Source of the DNA: Octopus sinensis
Taxonomy: Eukaryota
Length of the DNA: 64,000 bases
Assembly: GCF_006345805.1 (NCBI RefSeq)
Contig: NC_043012.1
Coordinates: 53,134,001-53,198,000 of the forward strand
Reading direction: 5' to 3'
Of the stretch, positions 37,413 to 50,740 are shown piece by piece. The stretch's first letter is position 1. Every line of letters starts with the position of its first letter. The position numbers and the translations under genes were made by a program. The notes below the pieces were generated by a model that did no database searches, was not told the DNA's origin, and saw nothing but the letters and a program-made list of their open reading frames with translations.

Positions 37413-40075
37413 TGTAGTGATCCTATACAACGGCGCGCGCTCGCGCACCGTCCATTTGTTTTTCGCGCGTGCGAAGTTGGTGCTTTCACCACCGGAAGAA
37501 GAACCCTTTTGCCTACGTAGCAGTTAGCCGAGGCAAGGGGATCGTAAGACGTTGACCACCAGCGTCCAGCAAGCAGCGACTTGAGACAGCAGCGACCGAG
37601 GGAGCAGGACGTGAAATATTTTTCTCTCTGTCCGAACTTGATTCTAGCAGCAGCTTTACCAAAAGGCCTTTAACCAAATTGTTGCAGACCACATCTTCTC
37701 CCTGTTCCGGACGTCATCTTTGACCAGTGTCGTTTTGCATTTGAACACTTTCTTATTTTACAGCGATAAGGTTCAGCACTGACACATTTATACCAAAGGG
37801 ATACCAGATAACCACTTATTGTTACTGTTACCACATTAGAGAATAAAGTAGTATATATATCTTTTACGTCTGCGTCTTGTTGTTTCTGACTGGTAGAATT
37901 CTGGATTATTAAAGCAACGGCTAGTGATTGCCTCTTGCACCCCGAAAGTACAACAGAAGATATATTCACACAGAAGTTCGTTACACTGGTGACCCCGACG
38001 TGATTCTGGTCTAAAACCAGAGATCACTGAACAACAAAAAATCCAGTTTTTCTGCGAAGTCGGAACACGATTTAACTCTACGCAGTCATCATCTTTCGAC
38101 GATTTGTTTCCGGCCACCACAAACAGTTGTAGAAGGAGCCTCTTTCTTATTCTACAGCCATGATGACGAACACCATCATATCAACGATGCCTTTTCTCCA
38201 CCTTCGTCATCGCCATCGTCGTCTTTCTACTTCACGTCGTCGTTATCTTCGTCGCCATCATCACTAAGAACGATGTTGTCTCAAGTCCACTACAGTCGCC
38301 ACCACCACCGTCGCCTTTCAACACCGTCGACCTCCACAAGATGTACATATCAACTCGCGGAACTTTAGCGTGCACGCTGTATGTGCATATGCACACCAAG
38401 GATTAACAGCACCGTCTATCTGCGAGATTCTTCTGTAACGATTTAACATGTCACAGCATCGAAGCTACAACCGCTACACATTGTGTTCAATCGGCATCTG
38501 CATTTGTGATTTCAACATTCTGTTACAGAACGAACTGCTATTGTGCATCAGGCTATTACAGACTGGTAAACTAACTCCATTGTCTGGAATAGCCTTGAGA
38601 GACATTTTTTTTCTATGCGCTGTATTTTATCTTGCTGATTCACCTTGTATGTATTTCTGTCGCACACACGTACACACACATAAATGCTATCTCTCACATA
38701 CATACGTCACACATGCTTTTCTCGCTTGTTTTTTCCATGCTAAATTTGCCTTTTGTGGACACACCTCATTTCTGTAGACCCTAAGGGGTCACGTATACAT
38801 AGAGAGGGTTGTTTGTTCATTATAACGCGCCAGCATGTCATACTTTTGTTCCTGTACGAACGAGGCTATAATCGCTCAACCACTGGCATATTCATTGCTG
38901 TTTTTCGGTCTGGCAAGCACTATTGCATTTCATGCGCCTTTGCTTCGCACGTGTATTGCCTTGTTTTGCAACACGTTGCGTTAGCTTAATTCTTTTCCGA
39001 CTCATAGAATGTCGGATGTTCACATGCGCTGCGCCTATGTATGGGCGTGCGTATTATTTTTCCCTGTTAGATCCTGTTGGTCACGTAATTAACAGAGAAA
39101 ATTATCTGTGTCGCGCATCACACCAGCATGCTTCACTTTTGCTGTTGTGTACTAGCGATCTATCTGTCGATTCCATTTCCTCTCCTGCAGCAATTGATTT
39201 AACTGCTATTTCGCAGGATCAACTACCTTTAGAGAAGTTGGATTTAATTTCGCCTAGGTTCATTAACTGTGAGTTTGCTTTCCTCCCGCTCCCTACAGCG
39301 GAAGGCTCTATACTTTGTGACGTTCCACTTTCATGCATGCAATTTTGAATTTTGCTCATTTTGAGTATTTCTTCCTTTAGTAAATTTCTTGTGTATGATG
39401 TAATTTGCCATTTTATTATATTGTGTGCTATTTGGTTATCTGGTATCACCTTGAGTTTTATAGTCACTACAGGGAATTTTGTGTCGTGCTTACGCACTGG
39501 GGTGGAGCTCTGTAGTGATCCTATACAACGGCGCGCGCTCGCGCACCGTCCATTTGTATTTCGCGCGTGCGAAGTTGGTGCTTTCACCACCGGAAGAAGA
39601 ACCTTTTGCCTAGTAGCAGTTAGCCGAGGCAAGGGGATCGTAAGACGTTGACCACCAGCGTCCAGCAAGCAGCGACTTGAGACAGCAGCGACCGAGGGAG
39701 CAGGACGTGAAATATTTTTCTCTCTGTCCGAACTTGATTCTAGCAGCAGCTTTACCAAAAGGCCTTTAACCAAATTGTTGCAGACCCATCTTCTCCCTGT
39801 TCCGGACGCCATCTTTGACCAGTGTCGTTTTGCATTTGAACACTTTCTATTTTACAGCGATAAGGTTCAGCACTGACACATTATACCAAAGGGATAGAGA
39901 TAACCACTTATGTACTGTTAACACATTAGAGAATAAGTAGTATATATATCTTTTACGTCTGCGCCTTGTTGTTTCTGACTGGTAGAATTCTGGATTATTA
40001 AAGCAACGGCTAGTGATTGCCTCTTTGCACCCGGAAAGTACAACAGAAGATATATTCACACAGAAGTTCGTTACA
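37413..40075 (+). mobile_element. Non-autonomous LTR retroelement (2.66 kb)
   Basis: LTRs 37413-37985 and 39511-40075 (TGT...ACA), 4-bp TSD AATC, PBS TGGTGACCCCGACGTGAT (tRNA-Trp), purine-rich tract before the 3' LTR. No gag or pol ORF. Splits a SINE B copy (37342-37412 plus 40076-40425). Confidence 0.92.
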
Positions 40076-41465
40076 AATCGAGCAAATCGACCCCAGAACT
40101 TATTCTTTGTAAGCCTGGTACATATTCTGTCGGTCTCTTTTGCCGAACCGCTAAGTTACGGAGGGGTAAACACAACAGCATCAGTTGTCAAGCGATGTTG
40201 GGGGTACACAGACACACAAACACACACACACACACACGCACACACACACACATAGATAAATACGACGGGCTTCTTTTAGTTTCCGTGTACCAAATCCACT
40301 CATAAGGCTTTGGTCCGCCCGAGGCTATAGTAGAAGACACTTACCCAAGATACCACGCACTGGGACTGATCCCGGAACCATGTTGTTCGTAAGCAAGCTA
40401 CTTACCACTCAGCCACTCGTACGCCTTTCTGTTTTATTTTTTAGTATAAAATATTTGAAAATGGATGAATCTTTCTAACTTTTTGCATACATCATTTATT
40501 TTGTATATATTTTCCATTTTCATAACTTTATTCTTCATTGCATTAGATTTAATTGGAGAGGTGCGTTTCTGAAGAAGCTCAAAATATTGTTTCAATTTTC
40601 AATATAATCCCACAAATTTAGTGGGGGAGGGGTTAGTTGATTACATCGACCACAGTACTCGACAGGTATTTTATTTTACGACCGCGAAAGATGAAAGGCA
40701 ATTCTGCCAAGGTTTGTTAACCTCGGTGGAATTGGAACTCAAAACGTGAAGAGATAGAACAAAATGCCGCTAAGCGTTTTGTCCAAGGCGTTTACCTTCC
40801 TGCCAACTCGCTGCATTTTCCGTAGTGAAACATAACATTCAAAGCAACAATGGAGAATTTTCTTTGACCACATCTCTCTATGAACATCAAAGACTCACTC
40901 TGCTTATTAACGTCATCTCACATTCAATTTTCAGTCGTATTACGGATTGTATCGACTACATTACTCTCTTTCCGCATCTTCATTAAACGGTAGAATACAA
41001 TTTTCGCAGATTCAAATTGCAGTCACGAAACACAGTAAACAAGTGAAGACATTGAAATTTATATCACAGAATCTATGCAGCCTCGCCAAAAACTGTGAAT
41101 TTCGAGCTATAACCGCTGATGTATATCGAGAGGAGAGCATTAAAGATTCATTTCCTTCTGAAATTTCATCTGACCCTATTCAACATAATCATCACCCTTT
41201 ATCTTTTATCTGTTAACTGATTCAGTAATTGGACTGTGGCCGTACTGGATCACTACCTTAAAGGGGTTTAGTCGAATAAATGGGACCCAGTACTCATTTG
41301 TAAAAATAAATGGTACTTATTTCATCACTTTCTTTTGCCGAACCACTAGTTCACGGAGATGTAAATAAACCAACAACAGTTGTCACTCGGTTGGGGTAGA
41401 GACAAACGCAAAAACAAACTCACACACACACACACACATGCTCACACACACACACACAAACACAC

Positions 41466-41498
<33 letters not shown>

Positions 41499-42276
41499 CG
41501 ACGGGCTTCCATATAGCTTCCGTCAACCAATTTCATTCACAAGACATTGGTCGGGCCGGGGCTACAAAAGAAGACACCCAAAATTTTATGCTCTAGGACT
41601 GGAGCACAAACTACGTCGTTGTTGTAAATCGAACTTCTTTACACATCCATACCCGCGCCTATACATAGCCGTAATTGAAAATCGTTCATAGAATTTGGAA
41701 TATGTAATCACCCAAGTTCATTCTCTGGAAGCTGGTGAGAAAATACAGAGGCTTAGAAGTGATGAACAACAACAAAGGTAAAGACCCGCTCTCTTAGAAA
41801 TGTTGAGTTCATGAACAAACCAACCCATGTATGCAAATATATCATTTTTGAGCTGGTCTCACCCATGATCACTCTGTTTCTCCAGCAAAGGAACAAAACT
41901 TGCCCCAATCTGTAATCAAGCTGGATATTTTTCATGAGTATGTCGGTCAAGAAGAGCCACAACTTCAGCTCCTACAGTCTTCGATAAAACGAAAGTACAA
42001 CAAAGAAAGGGACCTGTAAATATTACTAACTAAAGACAGAAGAAATGTTAAGCATTTTGCTCGGCATTCGAACGATTCTGCCAGTTCACCGCCTTGTATT
42101 GATAAAAGAAGTGAACTAGAGCCAGTGCGTGTGTTTATTATTGACATAATGACCCTCCCTAGATTCAACAAGATCTGTTTCAGAACACGAGTTCAAATCA
42201 AGAACAGTCTTCGTATTTTCCAAACATTAAAATAATTTGAAATCAATCCGGCATAATTTTTTAACGTTTATTAACA

Positions 42277-42888
42277 GGTGCAGATATGGTTGTGAGGCTA
42301 GGAAGCCCGCTTTGCAACCATGTGGTTCAGTCTCACTATGCAGCACTTGAGCAAGTGTCTTCTGTTTCGGTCCTGACTAAATTTCGTAGACGGGAACTGT
42401 GTGGGAACATACAGGATATATGTGTGTGCGCGCGTGATCATGTGTGTGTGTGTGTGTGTGTGCGCGTGCGTGTATGTGCGTGTGTGTGTGTACGTGTATG
42501 TGCGTGTGTGTGTGTACGTGTATGTGCGCGCGTGTGTGTGTACGTGTATGTGCGTGTGTGTGTGTGTACACGTATGTGCGCGTGTGTGTGTGTACGTGTA
42601 TGTGCGTGTGTGTGTGTGTACGTGTATGTGCGTGCGTGCGTATGTGTGTGTGTGTGTGTATTTGAGTTTGCATTTGCGTTTCCCTCCCACCACTGCTTGA
42701 CAGGAAGCGTTGGCTTGTTTCTATCCCTATAACTTAGCGATCCGGCAAAAGATACCGATAGAATAAGTACCAGCCAGACTTTAAAAAATAAGTGCTAGGC
42801 TCGATTTGTTTGAATGAAACTTTTATAGTGATGCCCCAGCATGACCGCAGTCCAGTGACTGAAACGAGTAACAGATACAAGATAAAGA
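42277..42888 (+). mobile_element. SINE family B copy with an expanded compound (TG/TACG) tract
   Basis: Same head and tail as 32465-32912. Confidence 0.7.
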
Positions 42889-43870
42889 AACTTAATGACC
42901 CCTTGGTGATCGCATGATCGAGCCTTCAGTTTTTCTATACTGAACAGAAGTGATATTAGCAAAAACTCGTACCAAACAACGCCCTCTTATCGGTTCTTCA
43001 CAAATGATAAATTGCTACCGTTTTCTAGATTAACCATTTCCTAATACTGAAGATCTCAGGCGTTCTATTTTCTACATTAAATTTTACAGCAAACTGAATC
43101 TGAAAGCAGCATTCTATCAGATTCCATTCCACAATGATGATGCGAGTTACGCTACGTTTCTTGCCGATGTTGTGAGTGTTGTTCAATGTTTGATAAATAT
43201 TATAATTGTTGACAAAAGAATCAAAGGAGTTTCTACCTATCTCGATAATGTTATTTTCATTGACAAACCTATTAAGAAACACAATAGGAACTTGGCTTAA
43301 TTTATATCGATTATTAAAAGACTCAGCATTTCACCGAACAACAACATCAAATATCTTCTCTGCTAAACATCCATTTGTTACCTAGGCTACAAAAGAGAAA
43401 ATAATTCTCTACTACCTGATTCAAAAAGCTTAAAACTCCCTGTTTGATTACTTGACGCCTAGCAATGTTAAATAGTATCAACGACGACTGGTTTTATGTA
43501 GTTACTACTCTGTATAGGGGATTTCTCCTTCGGAACTAAACAACCCCCGTCGAAATTCTACATCACCATTGTAGAAAAAGACACTTTTTATTTGCTTCGA
43601 ACTTCAATAGTTAATACCTTTCTTTCTTACTTACCTTACATAAATTGTTACAATATGCTGAGATCAACGTTGCTGGAACTACAATTAAGGATGTCATTTC
43701 CTTTCTTTGAGTTACTTTTCGTCTTGAGCAAAATTTCTCGTAATCTGAGAAGGAAACTATTTCTATCATAGAAAGTATTGGGAGATAAACGTTTCTACTT
43801 AGAGACCGCTTTATATTACACTGATCAACAATTGGTCTTATTCTAGCCAGAAATGTGGAAGAAATATAAA

Positions 43871-44279
43871 GGCGGTGAGCTGGCAGAAACGTTAGCACGC
43901 CGGGCGAAATGCGTAGCCACATTTCGTCTGCCGTTATGTTCTGAGTTCAAATTCCGCCGAGGTCGACTTTGCCTTTCATCCTTTCGGGATCGATTAAATA
44001 AGTTACGTACTGGGGTGGATATAATCGACTTAATCCGTTTGTCTGTTTTTGTTTGTTCTCTCTGTGTTTAGCCCCTTGTGGGTAGTAAACAAATAGGTAT
44101 TTCGTCTGCCGCTACGTTCTGAGTTCAAATTCCGCCGAGGTCGACTTTGCCTTTCATCCTTTCGGGGTCGATTATATAAGTACCAGTTACGCACTGGGAT
44201 CGATATAATCGACTTAATCCGTTTGTCTGTCATTCTTTGTCCTCTCTGTGTTTAGCCCCTTGTGGGTAGTAAAGAAATA
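43871..44279 (+). mobile_element. SINE family C dimer, TSD about AAGAAATATAAA
   Basis: Head plus two body units. The duplicated flank overlaps the A-rich tail. Confidence 0.85.
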
Positions 44280-44909
44280 AGAAATATAAAGAGAGGCGAG
44301 ACTCCTCGTTGAGACATTGAGCTATCGCTCCACAACCGTGGCATGACTGATAAAAATAATAGAGCTGCTGATATTCCTACCAGGTGTTCCTGTATAGCAT
44401 CCTCTCTCTTACTTCTGCATAAGCCTTTGTGTTATCATTGAGAGACACGATTATGACGCTAAGAGAACTTGCTACTTTCTGTAGAAGTTGTTAGAAACAC
44501 TTGTGACGAATGCATCTTATGTTGTGAATTGAAAACAGGACTGGACAATCCACGTCATGTAAAGCCTACCAAGTTCATGTGCTAATGTAAGCCTCTAGGT
44601 ATCGTTTTTAAAGGTCCTCTACCGTCATATAACACTTACGGCTTTAATACCGCTAAACTCTGATTATTGATCTATACTTAAGTTTTCACATTACTGTTAC
44701 ATGAATACAACTACTGATACAGTATTACGATATCTTCAAAATTCTTCATGTCTGGTACTCAGGCCTTCAATCCATTCGGATTGATGATCCTAATTTATAT
44801 CTCAAAACGTTTGTTGATCTTTGAAAGAACAATAATAATATTCAAACTTGAGAAGTTCCATCCCCTAATCTGGGAATAGTTAGGTAGGACGTTTTAATGA
44901 ACAAATTTG

Positions 44910-45327
44910 GGATCTTTTCGGTTTGAACGGCAGTTTTTAAAATAATTTCCACGTAACTAAAAAATTTTAAACTTCGTATACTGGTAGACTGTGTTTATAA
45001 AACATCTTTTTCTCTTGGCTTTATTGAGAAAATTCTTTAATTTGTTAGATATTTGTTGTTTTTTTCTTCAATTTCTGCAATTACAACCAATCAGTAACGT
45101 CTATTGAGTTAAAAAGCATTCTGTGCCATATGAATATGTCCCTTGTTTAAGAAACAGATTGGGTTTATTTACATTTGTGAAAAAAAAAAGATACCCTTCC
45201 CCCCACCCCTAACCCTAACCCTAAAAACAGATTGAAATGCAATAGATCGATACTAGGGTCATAATTATGGGTGACAATTTCATATGACACCGCTAGAATA
45301 AAACTGCCGTTCAAACCGAAAAGATAC
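44910..45327. mobile_element. GGATC MITE, short form
   Basis: TIRs and CCCTAA core present. TSD not clean. Confidence 0.85.
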
Positions 45328-46340
45328 ATTTCTTGTTTTTGCTCTGAGGTAAATGTGGCATCTCATGAACTACCATTTTTTCAAAGTCATTCGTCAACGA
45401 AACAGTCTTTATATAAATGGTTGTCTGAACCGGAAGGAGTTCGGTTTAAACGATTTAAATCTAACAATGAATATGAACCGAAAATCGATCATGTTAAACT
45501 GACTGATGCTATTTGATGCTATTTATTGCTGCGCTCAGATCAAATACCCAGATGGTCGAATTGACACTGTATCAGCGAAACATGTTCTTCGAACACAGAA
45601 CTCGAAGTTTTGAGCTAAATAAAAAGATTTGGTAATTCTCTGAATTTGTTTCTCGCAGTAACTGCAGCCGTAGTCATTTATGCAGGAACATATTTACTTT
45701 TGGTCTACTTAAAATAGATTAGCAAATTATCAAATAACTCTAGAACACAGCTTGCGTTACATAATCATAATCTGGCAAGAATGAATTTCTTTTTTTACAG
45801 AAACACTAACGTTTCAAGCTTCCTAGCCACCAACAACAAAAAAAAAGAAAGATAAGTTAAAGAAAAAATAGTAAATCACTGAACAAACTTCACAAAGAAA
45901 TCAATAATTCTTTTAGAAATGAATATTATCTACAGATTTTTATGCAGTCAAGAATTATAAAACTTTAAGATTATTACAGCTATACAAACACGGCACTTGC
46001 ATGTCGGCTCGCAATACATTTACAAGAAGGAACCAGCAAAAGAGAACTCAGCGCTCTCATTCCAGATAACAGTCCAATGTTCCAAAGTCTTAAAATTGGG
46101 AAGGATACATTAAAGAATGTAGTCTTATATATTTAATATAAACAACACGGAAATATTTCAATATGCTACAGAGAACAAAAGATTGATGTCCCAACAAAAT
46201 TATCCGTGGTAATCGAGTTGCTGTTTGACGGTGAGCGGACGAAATGCTTAACGTTCTGAGTTCAAATTCCGCCGAGGTCGACTTTGCCTTTCATCCTTTC
46301 GGGGTCGATAAATTAAGTACCAGTTACGCACTGGGGTCTG

Positions 46341-46743
46341 GGATCTTTTCGGTTAGAACGGCAGTTTTTCTAGCGGTGTCATATGAAATTGTCCCCCATA
46401 ATTATGACCCTAGTATCGATCTATTGCATTTCAATCTGTTTTAGGTTTAGGGTTAGGGGTGGGGGGAAAGGTATCTTTTTTCTTCAGAAATGTAAATAAA
46501 CCCAATCTGTTTCATAAACGAGGGACATATTCATACGGCACAGAATGTTTTCACCTCAATAGACGTCATTGATTGCAGAAATTGAAGAAAAGTACAACAA
46601 ATATCTTACAAACTATAGAATTTTCTCAATAAAGCCAAGAGAAAAAGATGTTTTATAAACACATTCTACTAGTATATGAAGTTAAAAATTTTTTAGTAAC
46701 CTAGAAATTATGTTAAAAACTGCCGTTCAAACCGAAAAGATCC
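46341..46743. mobile_element. GGATC MITE, short form, 8-bp TSD GG(G/A)GTCTG, inside SINE C
   Basis: TIRs and a TSD with one mismatch. Confidence 0.88.
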
Positions 46744-46799
46744 GGAGTCTGTCCTTGTTTCTCCTCTCTGTGTTTAGCCCCTTGAGAAATAGGTAACTG

Positions 46800-47620
46800 G
46801 GTTGCTCTTGAGCAGCTTTTCAAATCTACTCAGCTATTCGATCTTGCGAGCTACTTGCCTTTATATTTTATGCTGGCTTAGATTTGCAACTAGATAAGTT
46901 GTTTATGACCTTCCATACTGTGGTGATATCTCTATTGTTATTTACTTCTTTCATACGTTTCTCTTCGGTTTTTGTTTTGCACTGTATTGCTGAGCTAAAT
47001 CTAAGGACGAGGCAGCTACAGCAGTAGTGTTGCAGCAATCTTGTTCCCTATATTTGTTCGTTTCACAGCTGCTAGAGTGTTTCAGTCTTCCGGAACTTTG
47101 GCATCCTCTTAGGACATTTTTCTCAATAGCTTATGCAACAGACTTCGAGAATGTTGTGTGGTGTATTCCTTCAAGTGGTCAGAAGGTTCTTCTTTCAGTT
47201 CGGCAAATCTATTCTTGCATGTTTCAATACAGGACGTCTAAGTGTCTGGGTCGGATATGGAGGACCAGGTATATTGAGGTAGGGTTTTGCTCTTCATTTG
47301 CATCGTGGCAATCAGGATCCGATGATCTGATTCGAATGAACGAAATGTGTAGGTATTGCAATATCGAATAAAATCACGATGCTTTCGATGAAAATGTGGC
47401 CAATTTGTGGTCGTGTTTTGCGTAGGGTTTGTGCATCAAAAGTTTGTCAAGGCAGTTGCGGAAAGCTGTGTTTGCAAAGAAGAGTGCAATTGCTGGCAAG
47501 AAATGTGAGAAGCTATTATTTAGGCTTGCCTGAAAATACCCATGGGTTTTGTTGTGAGGTCTGTAGACGTGCATTCCAGTCACCGAGGATGGCTTCATCG
47601 TGAGCTAACGGTCATTCACA
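46800..47620 (-). pseudogene. LINE (RTE-like) endonuclease/linker remnant
   Basis: LFFANTAFRN...H segment followed by an SD-containing segment, resembling the end of an RTE-type APE domain. Many stops. Confidence 0.45.
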
Positions 47621-48956
47621 CGAGTAATGTCTCGTAAAATGATCTTGCATGTGGACTGGAAAACCCTGCCGCTGGTCCAAGACCGCAGCCACGAAATCTC
47701 CAATGAAAGACATACTGACTACTTCAGAGTCAGAGCTGGGCAACTCTAACGGGCTTGGAACAATGACAACTCTTGAATTTACTCTAAACCGACTCGCCCT
47801 CTGATCAACCCTAGACTATTCACCCTTCTGGCCTCCTTCAATGCTCTTACGCTGAACTTACTCTGGAGACAAGGCGAACTAACCGCAAAAGCAGACAGAC
47901 TTGGCATCGCAGCCGCTGGCATTTAAGAACACAGAATTAGATGTGAAGAGAAAGATTGATTTCTGGATACAGACAAGGGCTGGAAGCTGATACACTCTGC
48001 GGAAGATGACACTGGTAACGTTGGCGTTGGTCATCCTTCATCCCCTTACCTAAGTGTCCCTAGGGTCCATCACATTAATATCTCAGCGGGTACTCATCTA
48101 CAGATTTCCCAGGAGTAAGAAATCTCACAAGTCGTGGCCTAAACCAACCAATACACTCACCAATTAGTATAACGAGAGAAGACATAAATATATTTTCTGA
48201 TAACATGCAGCGAATCTTCGATACCGTTGGACGAAATTACTTTCTACCAAACCTCGGTAATTGAAAAGCAACACACTACATCACATACCAGAACCAACAT
48301 GGGGAACGCGATTGTTAAACGGGGTAGAAATAGCTGCCAAATCTCTCTCAAATTACAACCTGTGTCTTACAGAAGGACACACTTGATAATATAGTTTTGG
48401 GATCCTTTCCTATTGGGGAAAAATACAGATGGTCGTGCCTGTAACGTCTTTGGTTATAATTTTGCTGAATTAGGGCGAACCTTGTGATAAATGACAACTA
48501 CCACGGTCATTTACATCACGTGATTTAAAACAAAAGTAAATAAGAAAATATTAGTGAACAACACGTGATATTAAATAGAATTCTCCCCAAATCTTGAAAA
48601 GCTTTAACATAATCGCCAGCACGATTATCATTATCAACAACACATTAAGCAGTTGTTTCAATGGCATTAGAAATATCCTCAAAATTCATGTTAATAACAC
48701 CATAAAATCGTTTTGAGATAATGTCAAAGAATATAAATTGTGAATTTCTGTCTCAGTGGACATAGTTATATTTTGGTGTTTCTTTCTGAAGGCTAAATGA
48801 GAATATATATAAATTTTCACATACATACGTAAGTACATAAGTACATACATACATACATGCGTATAGGCATGCACACATGCATGCGCACATACATGTACAC
48901 ACGTGCATTCATACGCACATACATGCATACATACATACGTACGTACATATATATCT

Positions 48957-49172
48957 ATTTCTTTATTACCCACAAGGGGACAAACAAGGACAGACAAACG
49001 GATTAAGTCGATTATATCGACCCCAGTGCATAACTGATACTTAATTTATCGACCCCGAAAGGATGAAAGGCAAATTCGACCTCGGCGGAATTTGAACTCA
49101 GAACGTAGCGGCAGACGAAATACCGCTAAATATTTCGCCCAGCGTGCTAACGATTCTGCCAGCTCACCACCT
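48957..49172 (-). mobile_element. SINE family C monomer
   Basis: Reverse complement of the head plus one unit of 43871-44090. Confidence 0.85.
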
Positions 49173-49228
49173 TATACGTACATATATATCATGAACTAAC
49201 TGTTACTTTCTCAGATGCAGCACGAAGT

Positions 49229-49279
49229 TTTGTCAGTGAACAGGTCACGGTCTCAAAGCGACGAAAATATTTTGACAAA
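49229..49279 (+). ncRNA. Minimal hammerhead-like motif with G3:C8 core (GUGAACA)
   Basis: tttgtca-GTGAACA-g-gtcac..gcgac-GAAA-atat-T-T-tgacaaa: 7-bp stem I, stem II at 4 of 5 pairs, palindromic stem III. Confidence 0.6.
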
Positions 49280-50212
49280 TTAAATTTAAATGTTGAAGTG
49301 AATCTAACGGTTTTTGTGTGTTTCTTAAATGGCTTATAAACTCCATCCACGCTGCAAGTGTTTTCGTTCCAGCACACGATCTCAGATCAAGTCACTCGCT
49401 ATGCAAGTACATCTCCGTAATATATAAATTTTGTTGACTGAGAAAGTGTTCAATTGAATTTATTAGAATTTATCAGAATTCTGTGTCAGTACGCTGCAGG
49501 ATAGAGAAAAATATAAACAAATTATAATTCACTCCGCATAAAAAAACAAAACAAGACATCACTTCAATAAATCACATCATCCTCCTCAGTCTATACATAT
49601 AAATATGGAACATTGAAAATAGATTTGATAAATAAACATTTTAAATGACTTTTAAGGAAAAGAAAGATCACACTTTGAAATTTTATTCGATTCTGAAATG
49701 TTCACAGCAATCAGAATTGAGAATAATAACAGAGAATTCTAAAATGATGGGACAATTGAAAATTGAGTCATAAAAATTAAACCCCGCAACAGGTGTAAAA
49801 TAATTAAAATATTCATTAATCAAAAATTTAGGAAGATTGTGAAAATTTTGTATACATGTGAGATAGATCAGCCGTAGGATGGTTTTACAGCTGTCTGCAT
49901 TTGATATTTTAAGTCTGCATTCAATTCAGAAATGTCACAAGTTATCTGAATTACAATTTGTGATAAGCCACAGATTTTGAAAACAGAAAAACGGGTCGTA
50001 AAAATTAAATCTTGTAACAGTTTAGTGCAGGTATGGTTGTGTGGTTAAGAAGCTGGTTTCGGGTTCATCTCCAGAACTGCATAGTACCTTGGGCGAGTGT
50101 CCTTTACTATAGTCCCGGGCTGACCAATGCCTTGTGAATGAATTTGGTAGACAGAAACTGTGTAGAAGCCTGTCATATATATTTGTATATATATATATAT
50201 ATATATTTAAAA

Positions 50213-50740
50213 AAAGGAGATGTCGAACACGAGTGGTGATATATAAAAAAGGAAATGAAGAAAATGCTGACAAATAATTGAAGTAATTTAAGTAATTTAA
50301 TTAGGTGAAAGTTCTTTTTACCGGTTGCGCATTTGTTATGCTTATCAAAATATAAAAGAGAGATTAGAGTCTGTCTCTTATATGTGAAAAAAAGAGGCTC
50401 CAGAGTTGTTTTGGATTTGCTTGGTTCGCGCCTAAAATTTTGATTGGTCATTATGAAGGGGTCACGTGAATGTTTGAATGGAAGTTGGTGTTGGGGTAAG
50501 AAAAAAGGCTCCAGAGAAGTTAAAATTTGGCTAGTGTCCCGCCTAAAATTTCTTATTGGTCATAATAAAGAGGTCACGTGAATGTTTAGAATTTTCGAAA
50601 ATAGTGTTGTTGAAAATTCTTATTGTTCAGGCTGGTCAGTAGACGTCATGTGGATTATTAAATAGCTTTTTAGCGCGTAGTTAGGGAGTGTATTTTCCGC
50701 TTGACTGGATAAGTAAGTTCGTTTAGAACAGGGAGAGCTG
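50213..50740 (-). mobile_element. Penelope-like element 3' fragment with a U3:A8 hammerhead-like motif (50313-50360)
   Basis: Minus strand ORF end ...LPVLNELTYPVKRKIHSLTTR*, then tt-TTGATAA-gcat-aacaa-atgc-GCAA-ccgg-T-A-aa. TA flanks. Confidence 0.5.

Larger units (their letters stand above)
42890..45600 (+). pseudogene. Decayed Gypsy pol (RT, RNase H, integrase), interrupted by a SINE dimer and a MITE
   Basis: Fragments FYSKLNLKAAFYQIP, STYLDNVIF (YxDD-derived), ICYLGY, SEKETISIIESI, CDECILCCELK, VFKGPLPS and IKYPDGRIDTVSAKH in order, with many stops and frameshifts. Confidence 0.8.

Noticed and set aside
37413-37985. LTR retrozyme (hammerhead within the LTR)
   Set aside because: I found no CUGANGA/GAAA fold in either LTR.
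39219-39812. 197-aa minus-strand ORF as a cargo gene
   Set aside because: It spans the LTR boundary antisense, has no recognisable domain, and the equivalent frame is broken in the other LTR.
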